NCBI GenBank assembly: GCA_009925585.1
Contig: RFYK01000004.1
Location: 1-32,000 of the forward strand
Direction: 5' to 3'
DNA length: 32,000 bases
Origin: Betaproteobacteria bacterium
GTDB taxonomy: Bacteria > Pseudomonadota > Gammaproteobacteria > Burkholderiales > Burkholderiaceae_C
The first letter of the stretch is position 1. The number at the start of each line of letters is the position of its first letter. Position numbers and translations under genes: made by a program. Under the pieces are notes generated by a model. That model searched no databases and had not been told where the DNA came from. It saw only the letters and a list, made by a program, of their open reading frames with translations. This document shows, one piece after another, positions 16,499 to 23,558 of this stretch.

Positions 16499-17278
16499 TT
16501 AAGCGTTTTCGTGTTTGAAAACGATAGGCATGAGTTCGCGAAAACGCGAGATGATTTGCATCAAGACGCCTGCCAGTGACAACGCGTTCCAGCCCAAGAC
16601 CACAAAGCCCCAGTGCAATGGGTGAGAGAAGATTTCTTCGGTCAACCAGTAAGCATGGCCCCATTCGTTGTAGCCCAAGTTAGGCAGGATGAGGAAAGGA
16701 CCCACCACGGCAAACACGTGCATCAAAGAAATGCCTTTGCAAAAAGCAGGAATGCGGGTCATGGCATACACAAAACTGCCAATGCCAAACATCAGGTACA
16801 TGGGGATGCATGCATAAAACAGCACAACATGGCTCGGCGTGATGGGTGTGTCGCGAAGCACAGTTTGGTGCCAGTTGCCATCGCCTTCGCCAAAGAAGCT
16901 GCCGATCCAATAGAAAGTGAAGGTGTAAACCACCAACCACATGGTCAGGTAGAAATAGCGTTTGAGTTCGACTTCAGGGGTGATCGCATCGATGTTTCGA
17001 TCACGTGTCATGAACAGGTAAATTTGAATCACTGCCACGATGCCAAACAGCACAGGCAATTGAATGTAGAAAAGGCGCATCCAAATGTCTTGGAAAATGG
17101 GTTCGGTCGAATCCAAGCCTGCGGTCATGCCGTACATCTGTTGATAGACACGGTATGACACATAGACGCCCGTCAGGACGATCATGGTGATGGCAAACCA
17201 GATGTAGCTGAGCGTGAATCGAGACGTGGTGTCGCTCGTTTGGGTGAGGTGAAGTTCTCTGCTGGACAACGTAGACAT
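16499..17278 (-). CDS. xmoC: Copper membrane monooxygenase subunit C (PmoC/AmoC family)
   Basis: 259 aa with TRDRN, GDGNWHQTVLRDTPITPSH (Asp/His/His CuC ligands), KGISL, VVGPFLILPNLGYNEWGH and PLHWGFVVLGW (Asn/His/His CuD ligands). An AAGGAG sits 7 nt upstream of the ATG. Confidence 0.9.
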   Translation of the reverse strand: MSTLSSRELHLTQTSDTTSRFTLSYIWFAITMIVLTGVYVSYRVYQQMYGMTAGLDSTEPIFQDIWMRLFYIQLPVLFGIVAVIQIYLFMTRDRNIDAITPEVELKRYFYLTMWLVVYTFTFYWIGSFFGEGDGNWHQTVLRDTPITPSHVVLFYACIPMYLMFGIGSFVYAMTRIPAFCKGISLMHVFAVVGPFLILPNLGYNEWGHAYWLTEEIFSHPLHWGFVVLGWNALSLAGVLMQIISRFRELMPIVFKHENA

Positions 17279-17494
17279 AGATCGACTCCTTGTGTTCGGT
17301 GTGAAAACCGTTTGTCAACTTGAACCAGCGAATTTTTGAAATTTCCAGCCTGTTGAACAACGGTGTAAACACCTATGAAATGCAAGGTATTTCATTTAAT
17401 CAAGCGAAAAGTGCGCTTGAATTTGGGATCTAAACCCCGCCTTGGGATGATTCATGCAGTATCTTGCATGAAAGAGGCGAGGTTTGTGGCGTTT
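17279..17494 (-). promoter_or_regulatory. Putative promoter/operator region of the xmoCAB operon
   Basis: This is the only sizeable non-coding gap around the operon and it looks AT-rich by eye. It holds two inverted repeats: TTCATGCA-n6-TGCATGAA at 17451-17472 and ATGAAAT-n7-ATTTCAT at 17375-17395. A weak sigma70-like candidate (TTGTTC-n17-AAAAAT) lies on the minus strand. No experimental or consensus-level support. Confidence 0.3.
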
Positions 17495-18586
17495 TCAGCT
17501 TTTTCTGCCCGTCGCCATCAAGCTGTCAAACGGCATCTCGCAAAACTGCGACCACAACACATACTCGTCTCTGAACTTAGACCAAGGCCCGTGTATTTTT
17601 TTGAACGCAGGGCTGGTCTCGATCATCTCGGACATGAACTGCTGGTTGGCTTTGTAGCAAGCCTGCAAGATGTCTGGGGAGAAGCGTTTGAGCTGCGCAC
17701 CATTGCTGATGAGGCGACGCAAGGCGGCAGGGTTGGTCACATCGTATTTGGCAGTTGACCATTGGTTGGCTTCAGCCGCGGCGATTTTCAAAATGGCTTT
17801 GTAATCTGCGGGCAGGGCATCAAAGGCTTTTTGGTTGATGAACAAAGACAATGTGGCGGAACCTTCCCACCATCCGGGGTAGTAATAGTATTTCGCCACT
17901 TTGTTCAGGCTCAGGTGTTCGTCATCTGCCGGGCCGACAAATTCGGCGGCGTCGATCACGCCTTTTTCCAAAGCGGCATACAAATCGCCGGGCGGCAACT
18001 GTTGAGGCACCACGCCCAATTTGGCCAAGACCTTGCCAGCCAGTCCACCGACACGCATTTTCAAACCATTGAAATCGGCGACGGTTTTCATTTCTTTGCG
18101 GTACCAGCCCGCCATCTGAGCGCCAGTGTTACCAACGGGCATGGCCATCACGCCGTAGTTGGCATAAAACTCATTGAGCAGTTCGATGCCACCACCCACA
18201 TACATCCACGCGTTTTGCGCGCGGGTGTTCATGCCGAACGGAATGGCTGTGCCAAAGCCGAAAGCCGGGTCTTTGCCAATGTAGAAATAGCTGGCGCTGT
18301 GGCCCGCTTCGATGGTGCCGTTTTGCACACCGTCAAGCACTTGCAACGCAGGCACCAATTCGCCAGCGGCATGCGTGCTGATTTTGAAGCGGCCGTCGGT
18401 CAACTCACCCACACGCTTGCACATCATCTCGACCGCGCCATAAATGGTGTCTAACGATTTGGGGTAGCTCGAGGCCAGTCGCCAGCGGATTTCGGGCCGT
18501 GCCGATTGGGCCAAGGCGGGGGCGGCCAGTGTGGTGGCTGCGGTGGCCCCGAGGGCGCTTCGGGTGAGGAATTTTCTGCGTTGCAT
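17495..18586 (-). CDS. TRAP transporter substrate-binding protein (DctP-type, COG4663-like) with Tat-type signal
   Basis: 363 aa. The N-terminus is MQRRKFLTRSALGATAATTLAAPALA, followed by IRWRLASSYPKSLDTIYG, typical of this SBP family. An AAGGAG sits upstream. No DctQ/DctM genes are adjacent. Confidence 0.8.
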   Translation of the reverse strand: MQRRKFLTRSALGATAATTLAAPALAQSARPEIRWRLASSYPKSLDTIYGAVEMMCKRVGELTDGRFKISTHAAGELVPALQVLDGVQNGTIEAGHSASYFYIGKDPAFGFGTAIPFGMNTRAQNAWMYVGGGIELLNEFYANYGVMAMPVGNTGAQMAGWYRKEMKTVADFNGLKMRVGGLAGKVLAKLGVVPQQLPPGDLYAALEKGVIDAAEFVGPADDEHLSLNKVAKYYYYPGWWEGSATLSLFINQKAFDALPADYKAILKIAAAEANQWSTAKYDVTNPAALRRLISNGAQLKRFSPDILQACYKANQQFMSEMIETSPAFKKIHGPWSKFRDEYVLWSQFCEMPFDSLMATGRKS

Positions 18587-18690
18587 GTGAGGTAGTCTCC
18601 TTGTTTGACTGAATGTAGTTGAATTTGCCAGAGACAGTCGAACAATGATTTCCCTTTTCGATGCAAAAGGTTTGAAAAGGCGTGCAGGAA

Positions 18691-21270
18691 TTAAACCTGC
18701 TCAGACACCCGCTTGCCGATGTGCGCGAGCGCTTCTTCCACTTGGTCGATCAATATCAAACACAAATCGCCTGGGTTCAATTTGCCCAACGCATGGTCGA
18801 TGGCGATGAATTCGCCTTGGATTTCCACAACGTCGCGGGTCAGGCTGGCGTCTTGCAAACCTTGGCGAAGCAGGGCAATGACTTCGCCATCTGCACGGCC
18901 ACGTTGACAAGCGTCTTCAAACAACACCACGCGTTCAAACGCATCGCCAATGACGCGGGTTTGCTCTCGTATGTCTTCGTCGCGCCGGTCACCCGCGCCG
19001 CTGATCACCACGCTGCGTTCTTTGGCAGGCAAATTGGTCACCGCTTGCACCAAGGCTTTGATGGCGTCAGGGTTGTGACCGTAGTCTGCAATGATGGTCG
19101 CGCCCTTGTAGCTGAACATGTTGAAGCGCCCGGGCACTGCTTGGGTGTCGCTGACAAACGTGGACAAACCTTGGCAAATGGTGGCCCAAGACAAGTTCAC
19201 AGCCCAAGCCGCGCCAATGGATGCCATGGCGTTTTCCACTTGAAAACCGATGGCGCCGTTTTGTGTCAACGGCACTTCATTCAATGAGATGCGAATTTGT
19301 TGCGAACCTTCTTGCGCGACGATATGGCCGTCTTGCACATACAGCACGCGCTTGCCTTGCGCACGGTGCGTGGCCAGCACCGGGTGGTGCGGGTCAACTG
19401 CAAAGAACGTGACTTGCCCAGGGCAATTTTGGGCCATGGCAGCGACCATGGGGTCGCTGGCATTCAAAACCGCCATGCCTTGGGGTGACACGTTTTGCAC
19501 GATGACGCGCTTGAGCACGGCCAGGTCTTCCACCGTGCTGATGTAGTTCAAGCCGAGGTGGTCACCCGAACCGATGTTGGTGACCACGGCGACTTGGCAA
19601 CGGTCAAACGCCAAGCCCTCGCGCAACATGCCGCCACGCGCGGTTTCCAGCACGGCCGCGTCAACATCTGGGTGCATCAACACACTTCGCGCACTGCGCG
19701 GGCCACTGCAGTCGCCCGTGTCAAGTTGCAAGCCATTCACATAGACACCGTCGGTGTTGGTCATGCCCACACGCAGTCCGCTGCTTTTGAGCAAGTGCGC
19801 GCACAAACGCACCGTGGTGGTTTTGCCGTTGGTGCCGGTGACGGCAATCAATGGAATTCGACCGTCTTGGCCGGGGGCAAACATGGTGTCGATGATCGCG
19901 CTGCCCACATCCCGACCTTTGCCAAAGGACGGTTGCAAATGCATGCGAAGACCGGGCGCTGCGTTGACTTCCACAATGCCACCGTTTTGTTCTTCCAGCG
20001 GTTTGAGCACCGATTCGCAGACCACATCAACGCCGCAGACATCCAGCCCCACCATTTGCGCGGCCATGACAGCGCGTGCCGCCACTTCGGGGTGAACATC
20101 ATCGGTGACATCGGTAGCGGTTCCGCCCGTCGACAGGTTTGCGTTGTTGCGCAACACCACGCGTGCGCCTTTGGGTGGCACGCTGTCAGCGTCAAAGCCT
20201 TGTTCTTTCAAACGCGCCACGGCGATGTCGTCAAAGCGAATTTTGGTCAAAGATGTGGCGTGTCCGTCACCGCGGCGTGGGTCAGCATTGACCTTGTCGA
20301 CCAATTGACGCACAGAGGAAACGCCATCGCCCACCACCAACGGCGGCTCTCTGCGTGCGGCGGCCACCATGCGGTCACCCACCACCAGCAAACGGTAATC
20401 GCTGCCTGGCAGGAAACGCTCGACCATGATGTCGTCACGGTATTCCAGCGCGTTGTTGAAAGCCTCAATGACTTCTTCGCGCGTGCGAATGTTGACCACC
20501 ACGCCCTTGCCTTGGTTACCGTCACGCGGCTTGACCACCACCGGCAAACCAATTTCCTGGGCGGCAGCCCACGCGTCTTCGGCGCTGTTCACGGGCCGAC
20601 CCAGCGGCACAGGTACGCCGGCGGCTTGCAACATTTTTTTGCTGAGCTCTTTGTCTTGTGCAATCGATTCAGCGATGGCGCTGCTGGCATCGGTTTCAGC
20701 GGCTTGAATGCGACGCTGTTTGCTGCCCCAGCCAAATTGCACCAAGCTGGCATCAGAGAGTCGGCGGTAGGGGATGCCACGCGCCAATGCCGCGTCGACG
20801 ATGGCACCTGTGGATGGCCCGAGGCGAATGTCTTCATCAAGTTCGCGCAAAGTGTGCAGCGCTTGGTCAACATCGAATGCAGTCGATTCAAACGCAGCCA
20901 AACACAACTGCTCTGCCAATTGCATGGCCAGTTTGCCCACTTGCTCGACCGAGTATTCCACGACCACTTGAAACAAGCCTTCTTCTGGCGTGGAAGTGGT
21001 GCGACTGAATGTCACAGGGCATCCGGCTTGAATTTGCAAATGCAACACCGTGGCTTCTAATGCATGCGCCATGCTCAAGTGGGCGTCGCGCTCACCGGGT
21101 TGCAGTCGACCCAAACCGGGAAACATGTGACGCAGTCGTTTTTCAAACGCTTGTTGGTCAGCACTGAGGTCGCTCTCAAGACCGGGCGCGCAACGCACCA
21201 TGGCTTCAATGGCGGTGTGGCGCGTCCATAAATTGGGGCCGCGCAACGCGCGAATACGGGTGACTTCCAT
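18691..21270 (-). CDS. cphA: Cyanophycin synthetase
   Basis: 859 aa. It has the characteristic N-terminal domain (MEVTRIRALRGPNLW), an ATP-grasp domain (KPRDGNQGKGV) and a Mur-ligase-like domain (VTGTNGKTTT) with a full C-terminal extension. Confidence 0.9.
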   Translation of the reverse strand: MEVTRIRALRGPNLWTRHTAIEAMVRCAPGLESDLSADQQAFEKRLRHMFPGLGRLQPGERDAHLSMAHALEATVLHLQIQAGCPVTFSRTTSTPEEGLFQVVVEYSVEQVGKLAMQLAEQLCLAAFESTAFDVDQALHTLRELDEDIRLGPSTGAIVDAALARGIPYRRLSDASLVQFGWGSKQRRIQAAETDASSAIAESIAQDKELSKKMLQAAGVPVPLGRPVNSAEDAWAAAQEIGLPVVVKPRDGNQGKGVVVNIRTREEVIEAFNNALEYRDDIMVERFLPGSDYRLLVVGDRMVAAARREPPLVVGDGVSSVRQLVDKVNADPRRGDGHATSLTKIRFDDIAVARLKEQGFDADSVPPKGARVVLRNNANLSTGGTATDVTDDVHPEVAARAVMAAQMVGLDVCGVDVVCESVLKPLEEQNGGIVEVNAAPGLRMHLQPSFGKGRDVGSAIIDTMFAPGQDGRIPLIAVTGTNGKTTTVRLCAHLLKSSGLRVGMTNTDGVYVNGLQLDTGDCSGPRSARSVLMHPDVDAAVLETARGGMLREGLAFDRCQVAVVTNIGSGDHLGLNYISTVEDLAVLKRVIVQNVSPQGMAVLNASDPMVAAMAQNCPGQVTFFAVDPHHPVLATHRAQGKRVLYVQDGHIVAQEGSQQIRISLNEVPLTQNGAIGFQVENAMASIGAAWAVNLSWATICQGLSTFVSDTQAVPGRFNMFSYKGATIIADYGHNPDAIKALVQAVTNLPAKERSVVISGAGDRRDEDIREQTRVIGDAFERVVLFEDACQRGRADGEVIALLRQGLQDASLTRDVVEIQGEFIAIDHALGKLNPGDLCLILIDQVEEALAHIGKRVSEQV

Positions 21271-23474
21271 CAGGCGGTTTTCCTTGCAATGTCAAGATTG
21301 GCGATCGCAGCAGGCTGACCATAGTTTTTCAAACCAGCGCGGATCAAATCGGGAGAAAGGTCGAGCGCCCATGCCACAGCGACCGAGGCCAGCAAGTGGT
21401 GCAAACTGAGCGTGCCGTCTTTGAGGTGTTTGGCAATGGCTGGGAAATCGAGTTTCAGCAACACATGATGGTGACTGCCTCTGGCCATGACCACTTGGTC
21501 TTGCAAGAAAAACACGGCCCGGCCTTGGTTTTCCAAATGCGCTTGGATGCACGCATTTTGCATGTCGTTGGCGTAATAAATGACTTCCCCATCGCACAAT
21601 GACGCCAGTTCAACCACCGCTTCGTCTTCGGCGTTCAACACAGCAGCACCTTCTGACAACACCAAGTCAATTTGGGTGCGCACCACATTTCGCACTTGCT
21701 CGGGTGTGCGTATGTCGTGGTCTTGCAAGCCGGTGTGGTCAGGCATGTCGGTCAACACCCCCACATGGCAACGGTCATAGGGCAAGCCTTCTTCCAGCAC
21801 CTGCAAAGGCGTGTTTTCAAACACCGCTGCGTCCAAAGAACGGTTGATCAGCAAGCGTTGGCTGGCTTCAAACACGCGTGCGTCTTTCGGATCGACCAAG
21901 CGTTGGTCCATGAACAGGCCGCGTGCAGAAGCAAGCCCTGTTCGACGACCTGACAAATGGATCAACCAATTCACCAAGTGCGCCAATTCGGTGGTGTGCT
22001 GGCGGCCCATGATGCCCACCACGGGAATGCGGGTGGGTTGTTGTGGTTCGAACAAATGCGCCACGATGTCTTTGCCAACGGGTCGAGGCTGACCGATGGC
22101 TGGCTTCAAATGCATCAATAAACCGGGGCCGGCGTTGACCTCGACCACCGCACCGCCTTGCGCATGCAACGGTTTGCTGATGTCTTGGGCCACCAAGTCA
22201 ATGCCTGCAATGTCTAAACCCACCACCCGAGCGGCAAGCACCACCACAGCAGCGACCTGCGGGTGAACTTCATCGGTGACATCAATGCCCATGTTGCCAG
22301 TGCGTTGCACCACGACCACGCGGTCTTTCGCCGGGACGCTGTGGGCTTCCAAGCCTTGGCGTTGCAACTCCAAAACCGCCGTGGGCAGGTCTTTCAATCG
22401 GATGGTGTCCAGCGGAAAGTCTTCTTCTTCACCACGGCGTGGGTCAGAGTTGATTTGCAATTCAATCAACTGTTCAACTGTGTGCACACCGTCACCCACA
22501 ATGCGCGCGGTTTCACCGCGAGAGGCCGCAACCACCTTGTTGCCAACCACCAGCAAGCGGTGTTCTTCGCCCGGAATGAAGCGCTCGACCATGACATCGG
22601 TGCCTTCGCGTTGTGCCACCAGAAACGCGGCTTCAATGTCTTCTCGTTCACGCAAATCGAGTGCCACACCTCGGCCATGGTTGGCGTCGGTGGGCTTGAC
22701 CACGACCGGCAGCCCGATGTCTTGTGCGACTTCCCATGCTTGCTCGGGCGAATGCACCACTTCACCAGAAGGAATCGGCACACCGCATTGCGTGAGCAAG
22801 GACTTGGTCAGGTCTTTGTCGCTGGAAATGCTCTCGGCGATCGCGCTGGTGCGGTCGGTCTCAGCGGTCCAAATGCGGCGTTGCAAAGAACCGTAGCCCA
22901 GTTGCACCAAATTGCCCGATGTCAGTCGAATGGAAGGGATGCGGTGGTCAGTGGCTGCGTCCACGATACAGGCGGTACTCGGTCCCAAGCACAGCCGGTC
23001 CACCATGGACTTGAGCCGACTCACTGTGCCCTTGAGGTCAAACGGCGTGTCGTTGATCGCAGCCATGACCAAGTCACGGGCCGCGACCATGCTTTCTTTG
23101 CCCACCTCTTCTTGGCGAGTGCGTATGACCACTTTGTAAATGCCGCGTTGGCTGGTCTCACGGGCTTTGCCAAACCCGACTTGCATGCCCGCCAAGGTTT
23201 GCAATTCGATGGCCACATGTTCCATGATGTGGCCGCACCAAGTGCCTTCGTTGAGTCGCTGAAGAAAACCGCCTCGTTCACCAATGCCGCACCGGTGTTC
23301 GACCATGCCGGGCAGCCACGCATTCAATCGATTGACAAAGCCGGGCAGCGTGTGAGAGGGATGGTCCTCAAGCGGGCCGAGATCAACCCAAGCTTCGATG
23401 ACAGGGCGGTAGGTCCACACATTGGGACCGCGCAAATACCGCATGCGCAAAATGGCAATATCAGGAAATGTCAT
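21270..23474 (-). CDS. cphA2: Cyanophycin synthetase-like protein (second, shorter paralogue)
   Basis: 734 aa and co-linear with CphA (LRMRYLRGPNVWTY, KPTDANHGRGV). The Mur-ligase P-loop is degenerate (IMGRQHTTEL in place of GTNGKTT). Its stop overlaps the cphA ATG by 1 nt (TGATG). Confidence 0.8.
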   Translation of the reverse strand: MTFPDIAILRMRYLRGPNVWTYRPVIEAWVDLGPLEDHPSHTLPGFVNRLNAWLPGMVEHRCGIGERGGFLQRLNEGTWCGHIMEHVAIELQTLAGMQVGFGKARETSQRGIYKVVIRTRQEEVGKESMVAARDLVMAAINDTPFDLKGTVSRLKSMVDRLCLGPSTACIVDAATDHRIPSIRLTSGNLVQLGYGSLQRRIWTAETDRTSAIAESISSDKDLTKSLLTQCGVPIPSGEVVHSPEQAWEVAQDIGLPVVVKPTDANHGRGVALDLREREDIEAAFLVAQREGTDVMVERFIPGEEHRLLVVGNKVVAASRGETARIVGDGVHTVEQLIELQINSDPRRGEEEDFPLDTIRLKDLPTAVLELQRQGLEAHSVPAKDRVVVVQRTGNMGIDVTDEVHPQVAAVVVLAARVVGLDIAGIDLVAQDISKPLHAQGGAVVEVNAGPGLLMHLKPAIGQPRPVGKDIVAHLFEPQQPTRIPVVGIMGRQHTTELAHLVNWLIHLSGRRTGLASARGLFMDQRLVDPKDARVFEASQRLLINRSLDAAVFENTPLQVLEEGLPYDRCHVGVLTDMPDHTGLQDHDIRTPEQVRNVVRTQIDLVLSEGAAVLNAEDEAVVELASLCDGEVIYYANDMQNACIQAHLENQGRAVFFLQDQVVMARGSHHHVLLKLDFPAIAKHLKDGTLSLHHLLASVAVAWALDLSPDLIRAGLKNYGQPAAIANLDIARKTA

Positions 23475-23558
23475 GAGGATAAGACTTGTGTACGTCGTGC
23501 AAGTGATTGAAAGTGACGCAAGGTTAGAATGGATTTACTGTAGGTCATCAATAAAAGA

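Noticed and set aside
14335-17278. Calling the operon canonical amoCAB (nitrifier) or pmoCAB (methanotroph) and assigning ammonia or methane as substrate
   Set aside because: Family membership is clear, but the sequences differ widely from the Nitrosomonas/Nitrosospira AmoA and M. capsulatus PmoA sequences I can recall. The flanking genes look like a Comamonadaceae-type heterotroph, and no hao or methanol dehydrogenase genes are nearby. Substrate cannot be inferred from sequence alone, so the neutral xmo naming is used.
17300-17345. Possible sigma54 promoter (GG...GC) upstream of xmoC
   Set aside because: In the candidate tGGaaatttcaaaaattcGCt, the GG and GC elements are separated by too many bases for the -24/-12 consensus. 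No enhancer-binding protein gene is nearby.
10603-17494. The CuMMO cluster as a recently acquired genomic island
   Set aside because: There is no integrase, transposase, tRNA, flanking direct repeat or IS remnant at either border. Spot checks of base composition by eye did not show a consistent difference from the flanks. A computed GC and tetranucleotide profile would be needed, so the idea is neither supported nor excluded.
18653-18670. Hairpin CCTTTT-n6-AAAAGG after the cphA stop as an intrinsic terminator
   Set aside because: The stem is only 6 bp and AT-rich, and no U-tract follows it on the transcribed strand. This is too weak to call.
19495-23510. Long plus-strand ORFs of 521 aa (19495-21060) and 415 aa (22263-23510) opposite the cyanophycin synthetase genes
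   Set aside because: They lie antisense to strongly supported cphA/cphA2 genes. Their products are Arg/His/Ala/Gly-rich low-complexity sequences with no recognisable motifs. These are typical shadow ORFs of GC-biased coding DNA.
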